Positions 39,074-48,080 of a stretch of DNA of 49,661 bases are shown here, one piece after another. Position 1 is the stretch's first letter; the number at the start of each line of letters is the position of its first letter. Source of the DNA: a bacterium (lineage in GTDB: Bacteria > Patescibacteriota > Minisyncoccia > UBA6257 > Colwellbacteraceae). The position numbers and the translations under genes were made by a program. The notes under the pieces were generated by a model. The model made no database searches, was not told the origin of the DNA, and saw only the letters and a program-made list of their open reading frames with translations. Location: contig JAJYME010000005.1 in NCBI GenBank assembly GCA_021787205.1, positions 1 to 49,661 of the forward strand, given 5' to 3'.

Positions 39074-39826
39074 ATGAACAAAGTTATTTTGGAACTCAGG
39101 GCCGGAACGGGCGGTGACGAAGCGGCGATCTTTGCCGGAGACCTGGCGAGAATGTACCAAGGCTTCGCTCAATCCCGCGGTTGGAAATTCATAGAGCTCG
39201 ACTCCACTCCCGGAACTTTGGGAGGATACAAGACCTTAGTCGCGGAAATCGCGAGTTGGGATCCGGAAGAAAACATCTATGATTTGTTAAAGCAGGAATC
39301 CGGAGTGCATAGGGTCCAGAGAGTGCCGGAAACGGAACGCTCAGGAAGGGTGCATACCTCCACCGCCTCCGTCGCGATCATGCCTCAGGTTGAAGAAAAG
39401 GAAATTCAAATCAACCCTTCAGACTTGGAAATATCGACTTTCAGATCGTCGGGACCCGGCGGTCAGAACGTCAACAAGGTTGAGACAGCCGTCAGAATCC
39501 TTCATAAACCCTCGGGAATCGTCGTCGCCTCCCAAGTCGAACGCTCCCAGATGGGAAACAAAGAAAGAGCTTTGGCGACCATAAGAGCCAAACTCTACGA
39601 ACATCAACAACTTGAAGAGCAAGTCCGCTTAGGAAAGCTCCGCCGCGACCAGATCGGATCGGGCGACAGATCGGAGAAGATTCGCACTTACAACTTCCCC
39701 GATGATCGCATCACCGACCACAGGATCGGAAAGAAGTGGCATAACATCGAAAAGATCTTGGATGGCGATATGGAACCGATTGTCAAAGCCTGGCAAAAAG
39801 CCGAGGAAGAGAAATCAGAGCAATAA
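39074..39826 (+). CDS. prfA: Peptide chain release factor 1, lacking N-terminal domain 1 (250 aa)
   Basis: LELRAGTGGDEA, ESGVHRVQRVPETE (PxT, RF1 type), GPGGQNVNK, RSEKIRTYNFP. Confidence 0.9.
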   Translation: MNKVILELRAGTGGDEAAIFAGDLARMYQGFAQSRGWKFIELDSTPGTLGGYKTLVAEIASWDPEENIYDLLKQESGVHRVQRVPETERSGRVHTSTASVAIMPQVEEKEIQINPSDLEISTFRSSGPGGQNVNKVETAVRILHKPSGIVVASQVERSQMGNKERALATIRAKLYEHQQLEEQVRLGKLRRDQIGSGDRSEKIRTYNFPDDRITDHRIGKKWHNIEKILDGDMEPIVKAWQKAEEEKSEQ

Positions 39827-39856
39827 TAAAAGACACCGCGAATGCGGTGTCTTTTA
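39827..39856. terminator. Bidirectional terminator
   Basis: TAAAAGACACCGC-GAAT-GCGGTGTCTTTTA. Confidence 0.8.
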
Positions 39857-39860
39857 TTTA

Positions 39861-40950
39861 TTATTGCCTATCCGAGAATGTCGGCGGACAGCTTGCGCCG
39901 GCAGTCTTTGTCACAGAAAGATCGGTGACATAGCGATATCCGACAGTATTTCCCGTGGGATAGCCGACATACCAATTGAATCCCCCGTTAACCGTTGCCG
40001 GCGTGGTGAATGTAGCATATCTTTTTTCCCAGCTGATACCTTCCACGGTTTTCGTTTCAAACAAGGATCCGGCGCCGCTTGTCGTAAACCCGGTTCCGGC
40101 GCCATCATACCATCGGGAATGAAGCACTTGATTGCTGCCGTTATACCCCGACGAATATCCGACCCACAGACTTAGACAATATGAGGTGTTCGCTTCTATC
40201 TGGTCCTGGTTTGAAATGAACCTCATATTCGGTAGTAGGACCGTTCTGTTGGACCACGCAATTGGAACTTCCAGGATTGGGCATCTGGATAACCAGATTT
40301 GTAGGATTGGAATCAGATTCGTTCACAGCTCCCTGACAAGAGGTAAAATTTCCATTGCCGATATAATTTTCCACCCTCGGAGTTATCCCGAGTTTCGTTC
40401 CCCTTTCAAAGACATCGACGCTTTCTCCGCCGTCAACTGCGCCAACAACCCTTTGTTTTTGAGATTCAAGAACAGATGTGATTTCCCATCCTGAAACGTT
40501 GGCAAAAAACGTATAATATTTTCCGCCGGAAGCTTCGTTGGCAGGGTCTGTGGGAAGAGAAGGAATCTTCGAGTCAGACGAAACAAAGTCAACCGGAATC
40601 CACCCATTGCCATCAACCTTGTTCAGGTTTGCCTGCGTTGCGCAATGATAACTCCATCCTGCCAATAACGGCGGTAACGAATAAGAAGAGCAAGCCGGCG
40701 ACGAATCCGGAAGAGAGAGATAAACCGTATTTGCCGCAACAAGAGGAAAACTGGAATTCTTCAAGGAATAGAGATTAAGAGACTTATGCAGGTTTTCAAA
40801 GTCAGACACCCTCGCGGAATCTCTGGCGCTTCTTGTTATCTCAGTGGGATTCAAGACTAAGACTGTCGCAGAGCCCAGGATAGCGATGATGGCAATGACT
40901 ATTAAGAGCTCAATGAGAGTGAAGGCTTTTATACTTTTTCCTGACATCAT
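39861..40950 (-). pseudogene. Pilin-like protein with C-terminal beta-rich domain, split by an apparent frameshift near 40210
   Basis: ORF 40141-40950 starts with KA|FTLIELL. ORF 39861-40226 continues in another frame with similar composition (...EYEVHF / NQDQIEANTSYCLSLWVGY...). Confidence 0.65.
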
Positions 40951-42131
40951 TTTTGTGAATTATAGATTGTTAAGATTTCTCCGGCCGATAACGCCCTGTT
41001 GTAAATACGCACCTCATCCAGCAATCCGTTATAAAAACTCCACGTTCCGCCGCCTCGTGCGCCAATCGTAACAACGGACGCATTTGATGCGATATCTCCT
41101 CCCGACGCCGTATTATAAGTTTCTACGCCATTTATATAAATTTTTTGATTTCCGTTGCCCTGATGCACGGCAACCACATGATACCATTGACCGGCAGTGA
41201 CAGGACTGGCTCCACCCCTCCAGGCCCAAGGGTTAGTGGCATAGTTTATGCTTCCAGACGAAACCCTATACTCATAAGAATTCTCTTTTGTGACCATATT
41301 TTGTTCTCCGACGCCGCCGTTCCAATACATCCATAAAGAAACCGAGATATCTTTTGGATTTAAACTGGAGCTGTTCGGTATATTTACATAATTATTTGTC
41401 CCATTAAACAGAATACAAGAACCTGATTCGCAAGAAGATCCCGATTGCCATGACGGAGAATTATAAAGGATTCCGTTATTTCCATTTCCGCTGCTATCAT
41501 AAACAGTTGTCCCGCCCCCCTCGTCAAATGTCCAATAACCGACAAGTCCCTTATCTCTCAGAGGAGGAGTAAGATCGATATGAGTTCCGACCTGAAGGAC
41601 GCCAGGAAGAGATCCTCCGTCTGATATGGCAGCTTTGTTTTCCTTGCTCGATTCCATAACGGCGGTAAGCTCATAAGAACCTCCGGTGACATAAGTGTAA
41701 TATTTGCCCGAAGAGACAGAGTTAACGGGATCAACCGGCAACGATGTGATATTAGGATTACTGATCGAAGTAAAATTGACAGGCAACCAGCCCGACCCGT
41801 CTATCTTGGAAAGATTAGCGGCGGAAGAACAGACATATTGCCAGCCTGAGGGCAAATTCGGAAGACCCGCAGCGTCACAGTTGGGCGCGGTAGCCGAAGG
41901 AAGGGACAGATAGACTCTTTGGGCAGTTCCGGTTGAGATGGACGGATTACTGAAGATCGCCAGGTCCACGGCTTTTTTTATGACTCCAAGATCGTTGACT
42001 CTTTGGGAATCGCGAGCTTGGGACATCATCTCGACGGGATTCAAAACCAGAACTGTGGCGGAACCTAAGATAGCGATGATAGCAATGACAATAAGGAGCT
42101 CGATTAATGTAAACGCCTGGATGCGAGACAT
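40947..42131 (-). CDS. Pilin-like protein with C-terminal LamG/concanavalin-like domain
   Basis: QA|FTLIELL; GLVGYWTFDEG...DSSGNGNNG...WYHVV...LDEVRIYNRALS. Confidence 0.92.
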   Translation of the reverse strand: MSRIQAFTLIELLIVIAIIAILGSATVLVLNPVEMMSQARDSQRVNDLGVIKKAVDLAIFSNPSISTGTAQRVYLSLPSATAPNCDAAGLPNLPSGWQYVCSSAANLSKIDGSGWLPVNFTSISNPNITSLPVDPVNSVSSGKYYTYVTGGSYELTAVMESSKENKAAISDGGSLPGVLQVGTHIDLTPPLRDKGLVGYWTFDEGGGTTVYDSSGNGNNGILYNSPSWQSGSSCESGSCILFNGTNNYVNIPNSSSLNPKDISVSLWMYWNGGVGEQNMVTKENSYEYRVSSGSINYATNPWAWRGGASPVTAGQWYHVVAVHQGNGNQKIYINGVETYNTASGGDIASNASVVTIGARGGGTWSFYNGLLDEVRIYNRALSAGEILTIYNSQK

Positions 42132-42177
42132 ATTGTTTTAATTCTAACAAAAAACAGCGGTTATAAAAACCGCTGTT

Positions 42178-43338
42178 TCATCTGGCGAGATAATTAATCA
42201 TGTTTTTAAAGAAAATGTCGGAAGGATTAACATGAGGCTGATAATGGAACCATTTCCCTTTGCCGGGTTCTTGGAGATAAACCGACTCGATATAATTGTC
42301 GCTTGCGATAACTACCGCGCCTTGTTTAACAGTCAATATCCCATTGCCGTTATCGGCAAGATTGGACTGATTTGTCCAACCTTCTTGAGTGGGATGATAG
42401 CCGACCTGATTGATGTTCCCGGAAACAAAGATTGTTCCCACGACAGTTGCTATCGGACTAATATTGTTAGTAGTATCGTTTCCTTCGGAGTAAATCGAAT
42501 ATCCAAGATCATAAAGCGAATTTAACAAAGCCGGCTTTGAAACGCCCCAACAACCTTGGGAAGCGATGATTATCTTGGGATTGTAAGCTATCACGTCGGC
42601 GACGGTATTGGCGGTCGAAGTAATGTCGACATAGTTGGTAAAACCAAGCCTAGTGAGCTGAGCAGGAACATCGTTGCTGCCGCAGTTACGATAATCAACA
42701 AGAGCAATCCTGACCGATGCCGGATCGGAAAATGGCGTTTTCATGGATATCCTTCGATTAAGATAGGGCATCGCGGCAAGGGCCGTCCCTCTCTCAAACA
42801 GAGAACCATCGTCACCCCCATCACGGGAAGCGACAGGATATTGTTTTTGGGATTCGTTAACAGCATCAAACTCGAAATTACCGAAGGAAGAAACGGCAAA
42901 AGTATAGAAGACATCGACGCTGTTTACGGGATCAACCGGGAGCGCCGGTATCGGAGAGCCCTTACTCATTGAATTGAAGCTTATCGGGATCCAACCGGTG
43001 CCGTCCGTCTTTTGGAGATTGGCCGCATTGACACAATTATAAGTCCAGCCGGAGGGCAGGGCGGGGAGAGAATAAGACGAACAGGCCGAGGAAGTGTCCG
43101 GCAATGAAGTGTAGACAACGTTCGGCAAAACGGAAGAGTACGAGGAAAATTCAAAATCGTAAAGATCAGTCGCCTTCTTAACAGAATCAAGATCGGATGT
43201 CCTGGTCGAATCCCTGGAATTTTTCATGATCTCGACGGGGTTCAACACCACGACTGTGGCGGAACCCAAAACAGCGATGATAGCCACGACGATCAACAGC
43301 TCTATTAATGTGAAAGCTCTTATATTCTTTTCCGCCAT
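42178..43338 (-). CDS. Pilin-like protein with an additional C-terminal domain
   Basis: RA|FTLIELL; shared pilin core to FERGT, then an unrelated ~190-aa domain. Confidence 0.88.
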   Translation of the reverse strand: MAEKNIRAFTLIELLIVVAIIAVLGSATVVVLNPVEIMKNSRDSTRTSDLDSVKKATDLYDFEFSSYSSVLPNVVYTSLPDTSSACSSYSLPALPSGWTYNCVNAANLQKTDGTGWIPISFNSMSKGSPIPALPVDPVNSVDVFYTFAVSSFGNFEFDAVNESQKQYPVASRDGGDDGSLFERGTALAAMPYLNRRISMKTPFSDPASVRIALVDYRNCGSNDVPAQLTRLGFTNYVDITSTANTVADVIAYNPKIIIASQGCWGVSKPALLNSLYDLGYSIYSEGNDTTNNISPIATVVGTIFVSGNINQVGYHPTQEGWTNQSNLADNGNGILTVKQGAVVIASDNYIESVYLQEPGKGKWFHYQPHVNPSDIFFKNMINYLAR

Positions 43339-43395
43339 CAATCTTTATATTAATACAAAAACAGCGATTATTTAAATCGCTGTTTTTAAATTCAC

Positions 43396-44880
43396 TTATT
43401 GTCCCTTGATGATAGCAATATCGGATTCGAATCTTTCCGCCCTATCAAGAACCGAGTCGCCATAGGCAAAACGGTATTTATACCAGCTGCTTCCGGCATA
43501 ATATTTTGCCGCCGCGCATCGCTCCAAAAGAGTCTGCGCCTGGGCTGGAATTTGCGCCGAATAATCGGTGCAAGCCTTTGAGCTCATCGAATCTTTTATA
43601 TAAAGAGCGGTCGCGACGAAGGCGTCCCGGTTGCTCCAAGGATTGGCGGTCGGGCTGCCGGTGACTGATGTGATCCTTTCGGCATAGAGTTTCCAAGTCG
43701 AAGGGATAAATTGGGAAGGACCCATGGCGCCGCCATAAGAACCATCGGAAACGATCGGACAAGAAACCTTGAGCTTTCCGCTCGAGAGGTCATCTTGCAA
43801 TCCCAACGAGGCAACGATTTCCAAGAAAATGGGGATGTCTCTGGTCGGGTGCATTGCTGTCTTGTAATCGCACCTTCCGACATTCTTTCCTAAGGCTGAC
43901 TCTTGATCCAAAATAGCCAGAAGGATTTCCGGGCGGACGCCGGTAGCGCTAGAAGCGTATTTCGCCAGGTTGTAAGCCTGCTCGAAAGTCATCTCCCCTC
44001 CTCCCATAAGGTGGAATAATCTATTTCTGATCTGAGCGGCCTGCTTCTCCTTATCCTTCAGGAGTTTTTGATAAGCGCTTTCCTTTCCTTTGGTAGCTTT
44101 AAGAAGACTGTCTTTCTCTCTTCTGATATCTTCCGCCGCCTGCTTTTGGGCAAGCTGGAGGTTCTTCAGCTGCTGGGCATTGGTCTTCTGATCAGAAAGA
44201 TTACTCTTTTCCGTCACATAATCTTCTCTCAAAGCTTCCAGGTCCCTCAAATTGTCCTGGAGACTGCTTTGGATGACGGTCAGGTTGCTGATATTCGTAA
44301 AGAAATCGTTTATCGAAGGGTTCAACATCAACATCTCGACGATGTTCTGCCCCTCGGAACTGTTCATGCTTCGCAGGGCTCCAGAGATAGCCTCCTTCTT
44401 CTTATCCATCTCACTCTCGGTCGTCGTAATCTTATTGGATGTCGAAGCTATGTCTTTATCCAGCCTTGTAAGATTAAGATTGACCGCTTTGATCTGAAGG
44501 TTGATCTTATCAACTTGAGCCATCAAGCGTTTGATTTCTCCGGACAAGGTGTTCCCCTGTTTTTTGTAAGTATCGATCGTCTTCTGATATTCCGCCATTT
44601 CAGCTTCAAGCTTTTCGAGCTCGGCTTCAAGGGCTTGCTTCTCATCGCTCATGCTGCCGGTCGTCGTCTGAGCCATGGTATCAACCGTAGGCGCAAAAAC
44701 GGAGGAGAAGCCGAGCAATAATGCAAACACCATAAAAGAAGCGACATATCTCTGAATGGAATGGCTAAAATTACGACGTCTTTTTACAGAAAGATTAATC
44801 CTGTTCTTTACGTCGCTGGAATAGATAGATGGACCGTATTTTTGTTTTATATCAACTAGAACGTTAGACTTCCGCTTCAT
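43396..44880 (-). CDS. Coiled-coil protein with C-terminal lytic transglycosylase domain
   Basis: TM/signal region, long PcsB-like coiled coil, ILDQES (catalytic Glu), GAMGPSQFIPSTW, NPWSNRDA. Confidence 0.88.
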   Translation of the reverse strand: MKRKSNVLVDIKQKYGPSIYSSDVKNRINLSVKRRRNFSHSIQRYVASFMVFALLLGFSSVFAPTVDTMAQTTTGSMSDEKQALEAELEKLEAEMAEYQKTIDTYKKQGNTLSGEIKRLMAQVDKINLQIKAVNLNLTRLDKDIASTSNKITTTESEMDKKKEAISGALRSMNSSEGQNIVEMLMLNPSINDFFTNISNLTVIQSSLQDNLRDLEALREDYVTEKSNLSDQKTNAQQLKNLQLAQKQAAEDIRREKDSLLKATKGKESAYQKLLKDKEKQAAQIRNRLFHLMGGGEMTFEQAYNLAKYASSATGVRPEILLAILDQESALGKNVGRCDYKTAMHPTRDIPIFLEIVASLGLQDDLSSGKLKVSCPIVSDGSYGGAMGPSQFIPSTWKLYAERITSVTGSPTANPWSNRDAFVATALYIKDSMSSKACTDYSAQIPAQAQTLLERCAAAKYYAGSSWYKYRFAYGDSVLDRAERFESDIAIIKGQ

Positions 44881-45040
44881 TCTTTTTCATTATACCAAAA
44901 ATAGAAAAGGTCGCCAACCAAATCCCGATAAAGACGACCAAAGAAACAATTCCTAACCCCTTCAAAAATTATCGATCTTATGAGAAAGATGCAAACAAAA
45001 ATCCCGCATTGGATGCGGGATGATGTTTTTAGAAAATAGA

Positions 45041-45685
45041 TTACTCTTCAGAAGCGGCTTTCTTAGCTTCTTTCTCAGCTCTCTTAACCTCGCCCTCAGT
45101 TTTAACATCAGCGACAGAGACCGGAGCAACCTCGACTTCCTCTTCCGGTTCGGAAACGGTAGCGATAACGGTTTCTTCGTTCTCGGTGATTTCAAACTTT
45201 CCTTCGACGACGATGTCCTTAACATAAAGGCTCTTGCCCATTTCATCGAGAGAAGAGATATCAACCTTGATCTCATGAGGAAGATCGGTAGGCAAAGCCT
45301 CGACTTCAACTTCATCCATAGAGCGGACAAAGATTCCTCCATTCTTAACAGCTTCGGATTCTCCGACGAAGACCAAAGGAACGACGGCGGTGACTTTCTC
45401 TTTCAAATTGACCTTATGGAAGTCAATGTTCAAGATTTCGCCAGTCAGATTGTTCTTATGGCAGTCGTGGATCAAGACCGGGTGAGCGGTGCCTTTGACG
45501 ACAAGGTTCACGACGGTGCTTTCTCCAGCCTCAGCCCAAACCTTGGTGAATTCCTTGGCGTTGACCGCCAAATGAAGATTTTCGGTGCCGGCGCCGTACA
45601 ACTCAGCAGGAACGAAACCGTCCTTGCGAAGAGCGGCGGCCTTTTTGCCGAAAACTTCTCTTATTTCTGCGTTTAAATTAATCAT
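45041..45685 (-). CDS. rplY: 50S ribosomal protein L25 (Ctc-type, long form)
   Basis: LRKDGFVPAELYG, IDF, VPLVFVGES, LPTDLPHEIKVDIS. Confidence 0.93.
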   Translation of the reverse strand: MINLNAEIREVFGKKAAALRKDGFVPAELYGAGTENLHLAVNAKEFTKVWAEAGESTVVNLVVKGTAHPVLIHDCHKNNLTGEILNIDFHKVNLKEKVTAVVPLVFVGESEAVKNGGIFVRSMDEVEVEALPTDLPHEIKVDISSLDEMGKSLYVKDIVVEGKFEITENEETVIATVSEPEEEVEVAPVSVADVKTEGEVKRAEKEAKKAASEE

Positions 45686-45751
45686 TTTGTTGTTTTTTCT
45701 TATATTTTTCCGGCACGAGTACTTGACACAAGCGCCAACTATATTACGGAA

Positions 45752-46639
45752 TTATACCAATTTATTAAATAATTTCAATCTCTCGAAGACTACCTGGGCA
45801 ACCGCCTTCTCGGCGCCGGCAAACAGCTTATAGGGAGCGACCTCGTCCGGCATGGTCTCAAAAGAGTATTCCATCCCCCTTCTCCAAGCCAATCTAAGCT
45901 CGGTATTGATGTGAATTACCGAGATACCGGCATGGATGGCATGCAAGAACTCCTCATCCCGAATACCGGACCCCCCATGCAAGACGAGAGGGACGGGAGA
46001 GGCGCGACGGATGAGATTAATCCGCTCGATGTCGATAGCGGGGTTGGGGGCGTTCTTCAACATCCCGTGGATGTTGCCGACGGCCGGGGCAATGAGGTCG
46101 ACTTTGGTATCCAACCCAAACTGGTACGCCTCCTCCGGCTTGGAATAGAACTCAGGCGAAGGTCGGGCATCGGCTGGAAAGTCAGACAAGATTTTGGAAG
46201 CGCCGCCGATGTGCCCGATTTCCCCCTCAACCAAGAATAACGGATTGATGGCCTTGGCGGCTTTGACCGCGCTCGCGGTCGCCCTGATATTCTCATCAAG
46301 CGAGAGGTGGGAAAGATCAAAAACGGCAGAATCGAAACCGGCGCGCACGCATTCCAGCAAACGCTCGAGAGAATGGACGTGGTCACCATTTATAAAGACA
46401 TTGTATCCGTCCTCCCGCATATTCATAACCAAATCGGCGGCATTCTTTACTCCGACAAAGTCAGCTTCACCTTCAGAGACCCCGATCATGACCGGAACAT
46501 TGACCCGGCACTCCTTGACCACGCGATAGATGGCGTTGCCAATGGCATTCAAGGTAGCGATATCGGAAATGTTAAAGTGAGCGACAGCGGCGCGCTTCCC
46601 TTCGGCTTCCAGAATGAAACGATATAAATTTGAAATCAT
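45752..46639 (-). CDS. fba: Class II fructose-bisphosphate aldolase
   Basis: NGDH, VEGEIGHIG, AVGNIHG, LVLHGGSG, INTELR. Confidence 0.9.
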   Translation of the reverse strand: MISNLYRFILEAEGKRAAVAHFNISDIATLNAIGNAIYRVVKECRVNVPVMIGVSEGEADFVGVKNAADLVMNMREDGYNVFINGDHVHSLERLLECVRAGFDSAVFDLSHLSLDENIRATASAVKAAKAINPLFLVEGEIGHIGGASKILSDFPADARPSPEFYSKPEEAYQFGLDTKVDLIAPAVGNIHGMLKNAPNPAIDIERINLIRRASPVPLVLHGGSGIRDEEFLHAIHAGISVIHINTELRLAWRRGMEYSFETMPDEVAPYKLFAGAEKAVAQVVFERLKLFNKLV

Positions 46640-47679
46640 TTTTTATTTGTTTTTTTAATTTCTTTGACCGTTATTTTCAAATTGTCGAAACGGGAAGACT
46701 TGAGACCGTTCTTATGCAGGGCGGAGACGGAAGCGCCAATCCCCTCGACGACGGAGACGGCATTGGCCGAAGCGAGCCTCGCTGAATGCAAAATGTTCTC
46801 TGGCTTTATCTTTCCCCTGACGCACTTTTCTTTCTTATGGATAAGGCCGGAGACAAAACCGGAGGCAAAAGCATCACCGGCGCCGGTCCGATCGACAAAT
46901 TTCTTCGTCTTGAAAATCGGAACCTTGTAGATCCTCTCGCCATCAGAGATGATGCTGCCCTCAGAGCCGGCGGTGATTGCGATAATTCCTTTGCTGAGCT
47001 TGTTAAGCCTTTCAAAGGCGGCGTCGCGATCGGAAACCCGGGTGTCGGTCAGGACCGCTGCCTCCTCGGTGTTAACCACGAAAAAATCAATGTATTTGAG
47101 ATTTTTAAGTATAGCCTGCTTGCCTTCGTTTATGTGGTACAAAGTGGGATTGAAAGCGAGCTTGATCCCGTTTTTCCTAGCCATTTCAACGACTTTGGGA
47201 AAATATTTGTAAGATTTTCCCGGCAGGGAGACATACCACCAGGAAGCCCTGAGGGCGGAGGAGAAATCAGGAATCTCCAAGAACTCGCCAGCCCCTTTGT
47301 AATTCAGAAGGGTCCTTTCGCCAGCTTGGAGAATGACAGTGGAAAAAGAGGTCGAACGTTTGTCGGTGAAGCTGACGAGGCCGGAATCTATCCCCTCCTC
47401 GGCGATTCTTGAAAGGACCAGATCGGCAGCTTCGTCATCTCCCAAGACGATCATCGGAGCGACTTCGAGTCCCTGTCGGGAAAAAGTGACCGCGGCATTC
47501 ATCGCGTTGCCGCCAACGGAAAAGAAGGCGTCATCGCAATGGAGCTTTGAGCCAAAATCGAGATAAAAAGCTTTCTTGGTCGGAGAGCTTTCGGAAAAGA
47601 TGAGCGGCAAATTGGTTTTTAAGAAAGCGTCGAATGTCGCCGAGCCGATTGTTATTACATCCCTCGAATTAAAGATCAT
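46636..47679 (-). CDS. PfkB-family carbohydrate kinase
   Basis: GGNAMNAA, NTEEA, DRTGAGDAFASG. Confidence 0.9.
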   Translation of the reverse strand: MIFNSRDVITIGSATFDAFLKTNLPLIFSESSPTKKAFYLDFGSKLHCDDAFFSVGGNAMNAAVTFSRQGLEVAPMIVLGDDEAADLVLSRIAEEGIDSGLVSFTDKRSTSFSTVILQAGERTLLNYKGAGEFLEIPDFSSALRASWWYVSLPGKSYKYFPKVVEMARKNGIKLAFNPTLYHINEGKQAILKNLKYIDFFVVNTEEAAVLTDTRVSDRDAAFERLNKLSKGIIAITAGSEGSIISDGERIYKVPIFKTKKFVDRTGAGDAFASGFVSGLIHKKEKCVRGKIKPENILHSARLASANAVSVVEGIGASVSALHKNGLKSSRFDNLKITVKEIKKTNKK

Positions 47680-47762
47680 ATTATTTCACGGTTATTATAG
47701 CATTTTCACTTTCTTCTGTCATTGAGAGGCGTCGCTTAGGCAATCCAACTGATCAGATAAAT

Positions 47763-47792
47763 AAAATATCCGCGATGATCGCGGATATTTTT
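47763..47792 (-). terminator. Intrinsic terminator
   Basis: AAAATATCCGCGA-TGA-TCGCGGATATTTT. Confidence 0.8.
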
Positions 47793-47794
47793 TA

Positions 47795-48073
47795 TTATTC
47801 TTCGGTTTCGTCCTCAAGGATGTCGTCCTCTTCCACTTCTTCGGCGTAGTCGATCAGCTCATCGGCGTCCTTGTCGGCAATCAGAAGATCGCCCTCTATC
47901 TGCTCGTCCAAAGTTTTTTGTTCCTCATCTGACTCGGAGTCGATCTCATCAATGAGATTTTTAATCTTTTCAATCTCTTCGGGAGTCACAGTTTCCATGC
48001 TCTCGAGAGCGGAAAGCTCGGCTTCGATTTCATCAAGATATTGATTGGCTTCTTGTTCGTTTTGAAATTCCAT
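47795..48073 (-). CDS. Highly acidic small hypothetical protein
   Basis: 92 aa dominated by Asp/Glu; lies 7 nt downstream of the coiled-coil gene. Confidence 0.7.
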   Translation of the reverse strand: MEFQNEQEANQYLDEIEAELSALESMETVTPEEIEKIKNLIDEIDSESDEEQKTLDEQIEGDLLIADKDADELIDYAEEVEEDDILEDETEE

Positions 48074-48080
48074 ATTTTTG

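Noticed and set aside
47718-47746. GTCATTGAGAGGCG...GCAATCC as a second REP-like element
   Set aside because: Resembles the GTCATTGCGAG...GCAATC repeat family but is too degenerate and single-copy here to call.
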